Shown here: piece by piece, positions 40,015 through 50,460 of the stretch
How positions within the stretch are numbered: the stretch's first letter is position 1
Layout of the letters: each line of letters begins with the position of its first letter
Virus record (IMG/VR): IMGVR_UViG_3300032225_000827
Coordinates: 2,070-66,069 of that record
From: a virus
Lineage: Duplodnaviria; Caudoviricetes
Length of the DNA stretch: 64,000 nt
Direction: 5' to 3' (one strand)
The notes under the pieces: model-generated
The model's database searches: none
Told to the model about the DNA's origin: nothing
What the model saw: only the letters and a program-made list of their open reading frames with translations
Program-made: the position numbers and the translations under genes

Positions 40015-41208
40015 TTATTTTATTCCCAAATACGCCTTAGTAGCTTCTAAGTGAGGACTTGTCTTCGGTCCGCTGGAAGGAGCGTCTGTACGATTTACCA
40101 CTGAACCACCATTGTGTACTCTCTGTACCTCTGCTTCACGGATTCTCCCTTCAGCAGTCTTGATAGCTTCTTTGATAATTTTAGTTCTATTATCTAACCA
40201 TACCCGGTTTTCTAGAACCTTCATAACCGTACTTATACCATCCTCGTCAGGATTTAAGCTTCCAACTATAGCTCGAACATCAGGCATCAACTTATTTAGA
40301 TCTTCTTTGCTTACCGCATAATCTAAAGTTACCTCCCCGATGTTTTCGAGTTCGACCTTAACAGGAATGGACTTAACTTTGGACCCCATGTCGTTTAAGA
40401 CATTGTCCCAAGTAGCCATTCTTTGAGCCATCACCTGCTCCTGTTGCGTTCTTTGGTTTTGCAAATATCCAAAGTAATCTTGTTTTGTATCAAATTCTTG
40501 ACGTTTGTTTTCAATACTTTTTAGTGTTTTCTGCAATTCTACACGCATTTTCACTGGCATATCATCCAATGAATCGTAAGTTGAATCAACGTCAATGTTG
40601 TTTTTATCTGCAACGTATTGCATCAAATTATTCAAACCAAGGTTAGCCAAGTCTGGATCATTCAATACTTCCATGATAGCCATAGCCTTTACAGGGTTAG
40701 CTTTCAACTCATCGTTGCTTGTTGCAAGAATTGTAGATGCGATACTCAAGTCGCTAATACCTGTGTTCTTAACAAAGTTATTTAAGCGGTTGATTGTGTC
40801 ATTAGCAAAAGGATTCTGAACATCATTAAGATAAGGCATGATTGGATCATACTGCTTATACTTCTCAACGATTGGCTCATATTCCTTAGCTTTATTTACG
40901 ATAGCTTTTAGCTCCTCATAGCTAGAAACACCAAACTCTTCTAAGTTTAATCCTGATGGAGCTTGGGGGGTAACTGCAGGGGTAACTGGAGGAATAGGGT
41001 TACTATCATTTCCTGTTAACTGATTAATTTCATCAGCACTAACTTGAGCAACTGGTGGTTCTAAATCTGGAACTCCAGGTTCAATAGTTGGAGGTTGATT
41101 GTTCACCTCTAGTTTCATTGCCTCATCTCTAAGTTGACTGTCTGACCATCCATCAACCATTGCTCTCGCCTGCAAATCCGCAGGGATAATTAAATCATTA
41201 TTTTCCAT
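40015..41208 (-). CDS. capsid scaffolding-like protein
   Basis: Acidic, Pro-rich N-terminus and helical body, located between portal and capsid genes. Confidence 0.55.
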   Translation of the reverse strand: MENNDLIIPADLQARAMVDGWSDSQLRDEAMKLEVNNQPPTIEPGVPDLEPPVAQVSADEINQLTGNDSNPIPPVTPAVTPQAPSGLNLEEFGVSSYEELKAIVNKAKEYEPIVEKYKQYDPIMPYLNDVQNPFANDTINRLNNFVKNTGISDLSIASTILATSNDELKANPVKAMAIMEVLNDPDLANLGLNNLMQYVADKNNIDVDSTYDSLDDMPVKMRVELQKTLKSIENKRQEFDTKQDYFGYLQNQRTQQEQVMAQRMATWDNVLNDMGSKVKSIPVKVELENIGEVTLDYAVSKEDLNKLMPDVRAIVGSLNPDEDGISTVMKVLENRVWLDNRTKIIKEAIKTAEGRIREAEVQRVHNGGSVVNRTDAPSSGPKTSPHLEATKAYLGIK

Positions 41209-41228
41209 AGCCTATTTATTTTTTGTTT

Positions 41229-43544
41229 TTATAAGTTCCCCGAAATCTCGACATTCTTCTGCTTCTCAAGAGTACCCTCTTGTGCAAGCTCTGCCATTCT
41301 GTGATTATGCTTAATTTCTTCAAGCAAAGCCTTCTGCTGATACTCAGTCATAATAGAAGCCTGCTTCATTTGCTCAAGAGCCTGTTGTGCAGCTGCCTTA
41401 GCTTCAGCCGCTTGTTGAGCAGACTGAGCTTGTAACTGAGCGTTCATTTGTTGCTGTTGCATGGATTCTTCCATCTTAACCTTACGCTGACGTTCTTCAG
41501 CAATAGTCATGTACCAAGCAGCAAACTCATCGTTATCACTCTCTAATTCCTTCTCAATGAATAAGTAGTCTGCAAGAGTAATTCCAATAACACCATTCTT
41601 TCCAGCTTGCATAGATTGTAACGCAGCTTGAAGAATTTGGCTCTTACGAGTATTAGTTGGAGTTGAAATCAATTTAATTCCAATCTGTTCTAATGTCAAA
41701 TCTTCAAATGAATCTAATGCCGCAATCTTTTCATCACCAAGCAAACTAGAATAATATTTATGAACCTCTTTATCAAACTTCATATTGGTACGAGTCTTTA
41801 GGATAGCCTTTTTAGCGGCTTTCTCCTTCAATCTCATAATAGCCTTCTTCAAAGGAAACAAAGCATGATTAGTAGCATCAACCTCCATCTCACTAACACC
41901 TAAACCTTTTTCGGTAGGAGTAGTAGGCATAGCAGCCATAGTTGGAGTAACACCAGCTAAGTCCATGATTCTATTCATATCATCCTGCCAACAAGTTAAC
42001 CACTCCTCTAATTGAGGACCGATACCACCTGGCAACTCTGCGATAGGCATATTACCACCCTTATTCAAGATGTCAGTCTTTGAATTGATAAACTGATTAC
42101 CAGTCTGTCTACGGATACGAACAATATCCAAAGGAGACATAGAACCCATACCTAAGTCCATATTGGCAAGCAATCCAATATCAACAACGATACCTTTAGG
42201 AGCAGCAGACCATTTAGCAGCTTGTAGCTTGATCCAAGTAAGCATCAATGAGTCCAAGTGCGGCTTCCATCTTTCAACGATAGATTTACCAGGGACACGC
42301 TCAAAGAAATATGAAAGAACTGCATGACCACGAGAATCTCTCATGATATTCTTTTGCAATCCAAAATCATAAACAAACTTAGAACCTAGAATATATTTAC
42401 CTTCATAAACATTCTGAACACAAGTAACATCAGTCCTACGCAATCTTCCGTCTGCATAAGGTTTCTTAGTTACACCAAACTCTTCTTCTTGATAAACAAT
42501 TTTACCTTCTTTAGTTTGACGCTTAGTAAAGTATTCGTAGTCGTTAGCACGATACTCAAAGTGAAGAACATCAACAGAAAAGTCTTCCCAAACATATCTT
42601 CCAGTTACAGGATCCTTTCTATTGAAATTAAAATCTTTATCAGTGTAACCTTGAGTTTCGTAGAATATTCTTGCCAACCCCTCAATTTCCTGAGGAAGAG
42701 CGCCAAGATCCAACAACTTATCTTTAATGTCACCAATACGAACACGTTGTATGTGACCTGCAAATGATGGTTCACCTTCTTCATCTTCATCAATATATGC
42801 AGTGACAAACGATGCAGGATTGATATATCTCATTCTTGTAACCCCATCTGTATCAGCATAAACCTGACTAACAGCGAAGTTAGTTTGAACTAAACCATCA
42901 ATTGTCTTCAATCTAATCTTATCCCAATCACTTACATTAAATGTATGTTTTGCTATATCTTCCATAGCATTTTCAAGAGGTAACTTAAACCCTTGATATT
43001 TATCATACATATCCAACTCCATCTCATCTTGAGGAACCCATGGAAGAACTACTTTTTCTAATCCTAATTCTTCTCTAAGTGGATTCAACAATTTCTCCTC
43101 ATAATACAATCTCCACTTCTTCTTCTGCTTTTCAAACTGAGAAGTTGGGGTAAGGGACTCGCATTTAACTTTAAAGTCAGATGCAGATAGAACAGATTTA
43201 ATTACAGCAATATACTTTGGGGCAGGACTTACAATCTCGTAATTGACATTAGTATATGCCTTACGAGCATATTGAGTCATTCTGTTAACCGGAGAGTTCT
43301 TATCATTCTGCACACCCAAAAACCAGTCACGATATGGAGCAGAGCTTTGCCTTCCCTCACCATAGTCAGTCATCATCTGAAACCATCCAGTAGCCGTCTG
43401 ACCATACAATGTTCTTCCGTTATACCAACGAGAATAGATTGCTTGAGCTACCTGTGTAATGTAACTCAATGTGTTTTTCTCTTCCTTAGGAATCCTGTCA
43501 GAAGGGAATGAGATAATTGGCGTAAACTTCAACATCAAATGCAA
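41229..43544 (-). CDS. portal protein
   Basis: 771 aa directly after the terminase, with the Gln/Ala-rich C-terminal coiled coil typical of podoviral portals. Likely start ATG 43535. Confidence 0.8.
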   Translation of the reverse strand: MHLMLKFTPIISFPSDRIPKEEKNTLSYITQVAQAIYSRWYNGRTLYGQTATGWFQMMTDYGEGRQSSAPYRDWFLGVQNDKNSPVNRMTQYARKAYTNVNYEIVSPAPKYIAVIKSVLSASDFKVKCESLTPTSQFEKQKKKWRLYYEEKLLNPLREELGLEKVVLPWVPQDEMELDMYDKYQGFKLPLENAMEDIAKHTFNVSDWDKIRLKTIDGLVQTNFAVSQVYADTDGVTRMRYINPASFVTAYIDEDEEGEPSFAGHIQRVRIGDIKDKLLDLGALPQEIEGLARIFYETQGYTDKDFNFNRKDPVTGRYVWEDFSVDVLHFEYRANDYEYFTKRQTKEGKIVYQEEEFGVTKKPYADGRLRRTDVTCVQNVYEGKYILGSKFVYDFGLQKNIMRDSRGHAVLSYFFERVPGKSIVERWKPHLDSLMLTWIKLQAAKWSAAPKGIVVDIGLLANMDLGMGSMSPLDIVRIRRQTGNQFINSKTDILNKGGNMPIAELPGGIGPQLEEWLTCWQDDMNRIMDLAGVTPTMAAMPTTPTEKGLGVSEMEVDATNHALFPLKKAIMRLKEKAAKKAILKTRTNMKFDKEVHKYYSSLLGDEKIAALDSFEDLTLEQIGIKLISTPTNTRKSQILQAALQSMQAGKNGVIGITLADYLFIEKELESDNDEFAAWYMTIAEERQRKVKMEESMQQQQMNAQLQAQSAQQAAEAKAAAQQALEQMKQASIMTEYQQKALLEEIKHNHRMAELAQEGTLEKQKNVEISGNL

Positions 43545-43574
43545 ATATAAAAAATGTCCCTAATATGAAACAAA

Positions 43575-46010
43575 TTAATCAAAAAATTCTAACAAGTCAT
43601 TCATTGTTCTGACCTCGTTCATCTCCTGCATATACTTTGGTAGTGCGGATTTCGAGCCAAGCAATGCCATCCCACCTGCGGCAAACAAGTCATAATTAGT
43701 CATCTCGGTAGGGTCGTTAATCTCCAAACACTCCTCAAGCATCTCTAAGTGGTTATCACTTCTTCCAAAGACCTTGATGTAGTTCATGAACTCAGTGAAT
43801 ATCTGTTCCTTATCAGCCTCTCCAGTGTATCGTCCTGGGGCAGTGGCTAACTTACCATTAGGATCAATATCGGAAAGCAAGTAACCCTCATATCCCCAAT
43901 CCCTAAACTTCTCAATAACGATAGGTACGTTTCTTTCAGGATAGACGTGCGCTCCAAACAGTAAGGCAAGTTTCAACATATCCTCGCAATAAGTGTTACC
44001 ATCGTCAACACGAGTGTTGTAAGTGACAACAAACTTATTTGAAATCCATTGGTCAATAGGTTTCTCCTGAGAATCTACTGAAGGATCGTGCTTGTAGAAC
44101 ATAGCCCCACCCCCATTAGACTTCCTTCTGCCCTTAACATCTCGGTTTCCAAACTTAAATGGGTCACATCCCAAGATATACTTATTAGCCACATCAGGAG
44201 ATGGCATCCACTGGTTCTTAGCTGAGTCAAATAACTTCTTATTTCTCTGCTCCATAGAAGGTAAATAAGAAACAACAAACTTACCTTCTGCATCATCCGT
44301 AGCAATAACTTCACTACCAAATGCCCCTTTCCAACTTAATGATATAGTTCTTGTTCTGAATATCCTATCGAACTTCAACTGATTAATTCTAGTGCGTAGA
44401 ATAGATAGGTCGAAATTGCTATTCTTAGACGCCTTAGACGCAGCTTCTTGCAATGTCCAAGGGTTATCTCGAATCTCTCCGTTTAATCGTAAATCAAGCC
44501 CTTTCTCTTCAAGGTCTTTACGAGTGTTCATCAAGATTGTTTTCGCTCCTCTTGTAACAATGTTACCCTCCAAGTTTCGTACAGGTTCGGCTGGGTCTTC
44601 AATGATTGAGAGTCCGTACTCATCCACGCACTCATCGTACCCATCGTATGCTGGGATGAATAGCGTAAATAGCCCTGAAGTTGTAAATCCGTTTTCGTTT
44701 CGTTCATCGTAATATGAAGATTTAATTAGATCAAAAAATTCCTTACCACCACCTGCCTCAAATTCACCAAGCGTGGATGTAAACATACCAAGTCCGTTGA
44801 TACGCAAACCCTGTGATAGACACTTACGAACAACGTCCTGCCATCTTCTTGGGATTGATACCCCACTATCTCCGTGCTTACCACCCTCGTCATCCAAGTA
44901 TGCGTGAAGCTTCTGTCCGTCAAAAGACCTTTCTGAAGATGCACGAGCCTCAATCCATCCGTCATGTGATGGCGCACGATTATGTGTAGCCCCTTGCGCT
45001 CTTGAAGCTGAGTAGGAGAATGAAAGTTTCTCCTTTGGAAAGTCAGTACCATCATGAGACGGCTTCAAGAAGAATGGTATCTTACGCCATGGCTTTACAA
45101 TCTTATCGATATAAACGTCATTCTTAGCCTGAGTCTCTGTGATACTCTGAATACCACCCTTCTGCTGCTTATGTTCAGTAACTATGCAATACAACATACA
45201 AGCAGCCTGAGATGTTGCCCCAATACGTCTTCGCTTAGGGAATATATATCCGTAACAGGTTCTATATCCCATGTCAACGACATAAGCCCCTTCGTCAATA
45301 TACGCAGCAGGATACTTAGCCGCAAACTCTTCTGCGTTCTTTACACGTTGGAAATACTTCGTCTTAATCTCACCCTGCGTCCTAAATGTAACACGATACT
45401 TGTAAACAGCCTCAGTAGTAGTATAGCAATAGCGAGCAAATAGAAAAATCCTACGATCAAGGTCACGATACCAAGGTAAACTATCTTGTCTAGTCTCATT
45501 TTGAATGTCCCAAAAGTTTAAGTAAACATAATGCCAACCATCAATGTAGGTAGGCTTCCCATTATTAAAAAACCAATATCCTTGATACCTTCTCTTAATC
45601 TGTAATTGAATCCACTCAATCTCCTCCTTGTATTCAAGCCTATTACTTTCAAGCTCCTCATAAATATCACTCTGGCTCACAACCTCTCTTTTTTTGAGCC
45701 TCATTTTTTTACGGATCAATTCCTGTATGTTAGCCAACTTATCAGGAACCTTCTGATGCTGGAATCGTTGGTTCTTTGGGTGTAGTCCGTATCCGTCTAT
45801 CAACTTCACAGCTTCACCCCATGACTTACCATAAAAACTCTCTACGCTCGGCAGAGGTATCTCGATAGTCTTAAGGACTGGATCATCATTGTGGTATATA
45901 GCCACAAGATCTTCCTTTTGATATATTTCATGGTATTTAGAATTAGTTGCCAACTTCAGGGAACATTTGATCGCCCTTAGCTTTACCTGGAGAAACACCC
46001 TTTGGAGCAA
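43575..46010 (-). CDS. terL: terminase large subunit
   Basis: ATPase motifs IFPKRRRIGAT and YLDDEGGK, nuclease motif ILGCDPF, and C-terminal YDLFAAGGMAL. Confidence 0.9.
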   Translation of the reverse strand: MLQRVFLQVKLRAIKCSLKLATNSKYHEIYQKEDLVAIYHNDDPVLKTIEIPLPSVESFYGKSWGEAVKLIDGYGLHPKNQRFQHQKVPDKLANIQELIRKKMRLKKREVVSQSDIYEELESNRLEYKEEIEWIQLQIKRRYQGYWFFNNGKPTYIDGWHYVYLNFWDIQNETRQDSLPWYRDLDRRIFLFARYCYTTTEAVYKYRVTFRTQGEIKTKYFQRVKNAEEFAAKYPAAYIDEGAYVVDMGYRTCYGYIFPKRRRIGATSQAACMLYCIVTEHKQQKGGIQSITETQAKNDVYIDKIVKPWRKIPFFLKPSHDGTDFPKEKLSFSYSASRAQGATHNRAPSHDGWIEARASSERSFDGQKLHAYLDDEGGKHGDSGVSIPRRWQDVVRKCLSQGLRINGLGMFTSTLGEFEAGGGKEFFDLIKSSYYDERNENGFTTSGLFTLFIPAYDGYDECVDEYGLSIIEDPAEPVRNLEGNIVTRGAKTILMNTRKDLEEKGLDLRLNGEIRDNPWTLQEAASKASKNSNFDLSILRTRINQLKFDRIFRTRTISLSWKGAFGSEVIATDDAEGKFVVSYLPSMEQRNKKLFDSAKNQWMPSPDVANKYILGCDPFKFGNRDVKGRRKSNGGGAMFYKHDPSVDSQEKPIDQWISNKFVVTYNTRVDDGNTYCEDMLKLALLFGAHVYPERNVPIVIEKFRDWGYEGYLLSDIDPNGKLATAPGRYTGEADKEQIFTEFMNYIKVFGRSDNHLEMLEECLEINDPTEMTNYDLFAAGGMALLGSKSALPKYMQEMNEVRTMNDLLEFFD

Positions 46011-46614
46011 ACATCATGTACTCCTCTGGACGTATCCCTAAGTTATCTTGAGCTAAGAACTTGGTTATTTCATTCTCTAATGCCTTTGACACCTCACCCT
46101 GCATGAATCTTTCCCTAGATTCAGATAGCTGCTTTCTAAGTGACTCAATGTTCGAGATGTGGTTCTTCTGGTCAGTCGGGTCTTCAGGGAAGTCCAACGA
46201 TAGAAGGTCATAAAGCATTTCCTCTGCACGCATCATAATAGCCCAATCCTCAGGCTGCTGAAGCCTAAGGAAGAGGACTATTTTAGCTCTGCAAGCTTGA
46301 TTCTTATTTAATAGCAATTCGTTGTACTCTGTTGGGAACGATCCGTCAATATGAGGATTAACTCCCAACTCTTTCAACGCCCAAGTCTTTCTCTTGGATA
46401 GCATTGGGTAGATTTCAATACCAGGACTTCCAGGGCTGTACATTAATATGATATACCGCATAATAAAGTCAGCCGTTAAATTGCTAGGTAGCCCATTCTC
46501 ACTAGCGAAAATGTTAGCAAACTGCATTAGGTCAGGGAACTTGAATATCACCTGATCAGAAGCAGATACCTTGTCAATCCTATACTTTATTTTTTGATAC
46601 GCCTTACTGTCCAT
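45943..46614 (-). CDS. putative terminase small subunit
   Basis: 223-aa helical protein immediately upstream of and overlapping terL. Positional inference only. Confidence 0.4.
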   Translation of the reverse strand: MDSKAYQKIKYRIDKVSASDQVIFKFPDLMQFANIFASENGLPSNLTADFIMRYIILMYSPGSPGIEIYPMLSKRKTWALKELGVNPHIDGSFPTEYNELLLNKNQACRAKIVLFLRLQQPEDWAIMMRAEEMLYDLLSLDFPEDPTDQKNHISNIESLRKQLSESRERFMQGEVSKALENEITKFLAQDNLGIRPEEYMMFAPKGVSPGKAKGDQMFPEVGN

Positions 46615-47317
46615 CTACTTCAGCAAAAATACTATGACTTTGTATATAATACAAATCCTCAGCAATTAATTGGTTATACTTAAACTCCAACTTCACAGGC
46701 TTATCAGATTTAGACTTGACAATCATACCGCACTTCACAGGAGTCTTCTTCCAGTTTGATTTCAAATAATTCTCTCTCCAATCATATACAATATTCCCTG
46801 TCGGAGCGTAGACAATTTCAAACACTCCAGGCTCATGCTCATCAGGCATATAGTCCAAGAACGCAGGTTTTGGCTTCATGCGTCTTTTCACCATAACATA
46901 ATCGTTCAGTGATATAACCTCATCCTTTCTGATGCAAAGAATAATCTCCTTGTAAGGTACAACCAATAGACATCTTGTTTTACCTTCGTCATCAAAGGTG
47001 TAGTAATAAGCCTCATCCCTTTGAACGGTAGCTGCCTTGGCAATGGCGTCATGAGAGAAGTAAACAAAGTCTCCTTTCTCAATCTCTACTGGACCATCCC
47101 AAGTATAGCAAAGAGCAGGAATATCAGCATAAGGTGAGATAGCGTGAACAGTACCGGAGCGAGAACCCATGTCAACACGAGCCTCATCACTGATTGAACG
47201 TACCCTAATTGTCGCATCACCAAGCTTAACATCCTCAGAAATAATATTTGGGACTTCTATGATTACTCTTCCTCTTGGCGGCCTTAAACTTTCTGCTTCT
47301 TGTTTTGTTATTTCCAT
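46604..47317 (-). CDS. tandem double GroES-like protein
   Basis: Two Cpn10-like units: LRPPRGRVIIE...GTVHAI...IEKGDFVYF...YKEII, and ISLNDYVMVK...VKCGMIV...YIQSHSIFAEV. Confidence 0.6.
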   Translation of the reverse strand: MEITKQEAESLRPPRGRVIIEVPNIISEDVKLGDATIRVRSISDEARVDMGSRSGTVHAISPYADIPALCYTWDGPVEIEKGDFVYFSHDAIAKAATVQRDEAYYYTFDDEGKTRCLLVVPYKEIILCIRKDEVISLNDYVMVKRRMKPKPAFLDYMPDEHEPGVFEIVYAPTGNIVYDWRENYLKSNWKKTPVKCGMIVKSKSDKPVKLEFKYNQLIAEDLYYIQSHSIFAEVDGQ

Positions 47318-47408
47318 ACTTTTCTATAATTAATTTCGCTAGATACCCACTAGCAAAGCCTACTAAAAAAAACTCAAAATTATACATAATATTGGGTATA
47401 TTAAAACC

Positions 47409-47483
47409 TAACTTTGTAATGCCTACTTTGTTTTTTGTTTTTTGTTTGACTTAGGGATCACAACGGTGGTCCCTTTGTTATTT
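47409..47483 (+). ncRNA. candidate promoter plus U-rich small RNA plus hairpin
   Basis: TAACTTTG (47409-16), then a TTTGTTTTTTGTTTTTTGTTTG tract, then hairpin AGGGATCAC-aacg-GTGGTCCCT and TTGTTATTT. Confidence 0.35.
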
Positions 47484-49340
47484 ATCCCTAATTTGTTCAA
47501 AGTGAGGTATCAAATTATATTCCCTAATACCATCATGTCTATTATTGTCATATTCAAATGACAAAATGTAACCTCCGATTGGTTTGGGAGGTCTTCCTTT
47601 CTCGATATGATAACCACCAAATCCATCCTCATATTCTTCTTTATAACAGGCTGTACGGATATGATGTAGGTACTTATGCTGAACAGTATAACCTGTATGC
47701 GAATGGAATTGAATATACTCCTTAGAGTCAATTACATGGTAAAGTTCATGCACGTGTCCCTGCCAAGTACAATCAGCACCCTCTGTACGAACAGACATAC
47801 GATTGTTCTGAATCACCCCTTTAGTTACCTCTCCACCACCTCCAGATCCATGGAAGTACTTAATCTTGAATGTTGAAAGTACTTCAGAACCAGCCTTTTT
47901 ATACATTCTCATTATCCACCAACCTCCATAACCACCAGTCAAGATGTTAGTCTTGTTCTTATAGTTCATAAGGTCAACAAAGCGAACCAATGGGTCAGTC
48001 TCTGTGTTCTTGATAATGGCAGTGTTGCCAGAGTATGCTACTTTACCATCTATTCTAGTGATAAAACATCCAGACGGCATATTCAAACAATATACATCAC
48101 CATCATAATCTTCTTTGGTTATAGACAATGCTTTTGCTCTTTTCAACTCTTCAGATATTAAAACCTTGTATTGTCTTTTACCATTTTTAAAAGCACTCAA
48201 GGAGTCATGTTCTGAATACTTACAATTCCATCCATTATTTATACAGGCTGATTGAACAATATCAACATTATCTTTGTCCGTAGAAGTCCACAACATACTA
48301 GATCCTGTAATATTAGCATCTGTATTTCTAATAGCATTTATCATTGCCAAAAACACTGCTTTATTACAATCTCTCAAATATGAAGGGATTTTCTTTTCTC
48401 CTCCAAGACTTTTAAATATTCTCCTTGCATCATCACCATAAATACGGATGTAGTAAGGCTGCAATTTATTTAGTCCAGTTTTTTTACACTCAGTAAACGT
48501 ATATTCAATACCATTAGCCTCTAATAATTCTTTAATGTACTTAATCTTTCTCTCTTTTGAAAGCTTAAATTGAATACGAATTTTTTTAGAGTTTTCTTGG
48601 TATTTAGCATGATTAACAATAGTGGCATCCATTACAACTGCTGTTAATAATTCAATCCATTTAGGAACAGCCTCTATATCATCTTGTGTTTTAACTCGAC
48701 CATGAGGAAGATCTGCTTCTGTTATATTCTGACATTCAGATAACACCATTAAATCTTCAGCGTTAATCTTCTCCATACTGTTAAACATAACAGCGTGTTT
48801 TGAAGATACAACCTGCTTTGTGTAAGTTCCTTCAATAGTATATAACGCATCTGCTTTTTTAGACACTACTGCGTTAGGATTCTCATAATAAACATTTTTA
48901 GAATCAAATGTAGCAACCAAGTCATCTGTTGTAACTTCAGTGATTTTTTTCCATCCAAGACCAGTTAAAACCTCAGTGTCAGGGCGGTAGCATTCATGAT
49001 TTCCATACCCAATGAAAATAATCATGTCGGCATATTGACTCCACCAATCCACAGACTCTTGTATAACCAAGTCTAAGTAGTTGTAGCTGTTATGCTCAGG
49101 CATAATATCCTTCTTAGACCTACGAGGATCGTACTTACCCTGCATTAAACAGAAAAAGTCACCGTTAATAGCGACCTTCATATCATTAGCTCTTGCGTAA
49201 TCTAAATGCCTTTTCAGAACATCTCTTTTACACTTTGGATTGTCAAAATGGACATCCGAGATCAACAGGAACTTTTGGTTCAAATCACAATCCGTGACTA
49301 TGATATTCCTATTGCTTTTTGTTGACTTTGCTTTTATCAT
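47478..49340 (-). CDS. calcineurin-like metallophosphoesterase interrupted by an intein
   Basis: Motifs SDVHFD, NGDFF, GNHE, FHGSG and GHVH. Confidence 0.85.
   Translation of the reverse strand: MIKAKSTKSNRNIIVTDCDLNQKFLLISDVHFDNPKCKRDVLKRHLDYARANDMKVAINGDFFCLMQGKYDPRRSKKDIMPEHNSYNYLDLVIQESVDWWSQYADMIIFIGYGNHECYRPDTEVLTGLGWKKITEVTTDDLVATFDSKNVYYENPNAVVSKKADALYTIEGTYTKQVVSSKHAVMFNSMEKINAEDLMVLSECQNITEADLPHGRVKTQDDIEAVPKWIELLTAVVMDATIVNHAKYQENSKKIRIQFKLSKERKIKYIKELLEANGIEYTFTECKKTGLNKLQPYYIRIYGDDARRIFKSLGGEKKIPSYLRDCNKAVFLAMINAIRNTDANITGSSMLWTSTDKDNVDIVQSACINNGWNCKYSEHDSLSAFKNGKRQYKVLISEELKRAKALSITKEDYDGDVYCLNMPSGCFITRIDGKVAYSGNTAIIKNTETDPLVRFVDLMNYKNKTNILTGGYGGWWIMRMYKKAGSEVLSTFKIKYFHGSGGGGEVTKGVIQNNRMSVRTEGADCTWQGHVHELYHVIDSKEYIQFHSHTGYTVQHKYLHHIRTACYKEEYEDGFGGYHIEKGRPPKPIGGYILSFEYDNNRHDGIREYNLIPHFEQIRDK
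48024..48992 (-). mobile_element. intein (323 aa) with a LAGLIDADG-type endonuclease region
   Basis: Begins CYRPDTEVLT right after GNHE and ends VYCLNMPSGCFITRIDGKVAYSGN before a +1 Thr. Central degenerate motifs LTAVVMDAT and INAIRNTDAN. Confidence 0.9.
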
Positions 49341-49675
49341 TAGTTAAATTTAAACGTCATCTCTCTTGACTTGAAAACATTGTATATATCTACCAAGTCT
49401 TCTATATTCCCTTTAATAATCAACTCCTTCCCATCATCCAAGGTTATGATAACCCTGTTCTTCATTATGGTCCCTGTGTTACTTACATACATTGAAAAGT
49501 ATGAAATTAAAGCTACGGGTATTGCTATATCCCCCCACATATAATCGCTCGCCCCTTCGTATGTCTCGTCCAACTCTATTTGCACCAAAGCCTTACACTT
49601 CAGTATGTTTTCTTGAAGAAAAAAATCCCCTTTCTTAACACCCTTCATATTCGAGTTTTTATCAAAGGTAATCAT
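49340..49675 (-). CDS. hypothetical protein
   Basis: 111-aa ORF coupled to the phosphoesterase. Confidence 0.6.
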   Translation of the reverse strand: MITFDKNSNMKGVKKGDFFLQENILKCKALVQIELDETYEGASDYMWGDIAIPVALISYFSMYVSNTGTIMKNRVIITLDDGKELIIKGNIEDLVDIYNVFKSREMTFKFN

Positions 49676-49719
49676 AAAAGGGGATTTAATTCATTATGAG
49701 TTATTTGTTTTTTTCAACA

Positions 49720-50082
49720 TCAAAATGGCAAGTCATCGTCAGATGTCTCGGTAGATGTTTGAGCTAACTTAGGCTTGGAGTAGTTTCCTGGCTGACCTTG
49801 CTTTGGCTCATAGTCCATCTTCCACATAGCCAAGTTAGTGTAGTACTTTCCATTGTACTCACGGCTACGGATGTTAAAGAAAATCTCTGCGTCACAACCG
49901 ACACAAGCTTCGCTCAACGTGTCAAGGTTCTTTCCAGACACTTGAAACTCGAATACATCGTTGTACTCTTTTCCATTAACTTCTTTTGATGTAGTTAAGA
50001 ATAGATTTCTCCATTCAAAATTCCCTCTTTGTTGTGTGTCAGAGACAGAGGACACCACTCCTTTCATAGAATAATTACTCAT
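49720..50082 (-). CDS. DUF3127-type ssDNA-binding protein
   Basis: VGCDAEIFFNIRSREYNGKYYTNLAMWK motif and acidic tail SDDDLPF. Confidence 0.8.
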   Translation of the reverse strand: MSNYSMKGVVSSVSDTQQRGNFEWRNLFLTTSKEVNGKEYNDVFEFQVSGKNLDTLSEACVGCDAEIFFNIRSREYNGKYYTNLAMWKMDYEPKQGQPGNYSKPKLAQTSTETSDDDLPF

Positions 50083-50134
50083 TGTTTTTTGTTTTTTAAA
50101 TTTAAACCTATTAAATAAATCGGAATTACCGATT

Positions 50135-50305
50135 TTACTTTTTCATTCCTGTTTTTTTATTCGCCCTCAATAAAGCCTCATCACGTTGCTTCAATACCTG
50201 CTCTTTCATTATTTGATTATTAGTTTTAACAGGTGTTTTCGCTATTGTTTTATTTTGTTTTTTTGCTGCTTCTGCCTGAAGCATTTTAGGAGTTTTTTTC
50301 GGCAT
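50135..50305 (-). CDS. small basic protein (56 aa)
   Basis: MPKKTPKMLQ... from ATG 50305, downstream of TATATTTG (50333-40, - strand). Confidence 0.5.
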   Translation of the reverse strand: MPKKTPKMLQAEAAKKQNKTIAKTPVKTNNQIMKEQVLKQRDEALLRANKKTGMKK

Positions 50306-50425
50306 CGCTTTACTTTTTTTAATTAATGTCAGCAAATATATAACGATTGTTTCATTAAACGCAAAAAAACTTTTGCACAATTTTATTGTTGATAAAAAAA
50401 TTTTGTCACACGAATACAAGTGTAT

Positions 50426-50433
50426 TACATTTG
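50426..50433 (+). promoter_or_regulatory. sigma-A -7 box (TACATTTG) for the replication operon
   Basis: In the divergence gap, 27 nt before ATG 50461. Confidence 0.65.
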
Positions 50434-50460
50434 TATCCGAAACATTAATCAAAAACAAGT

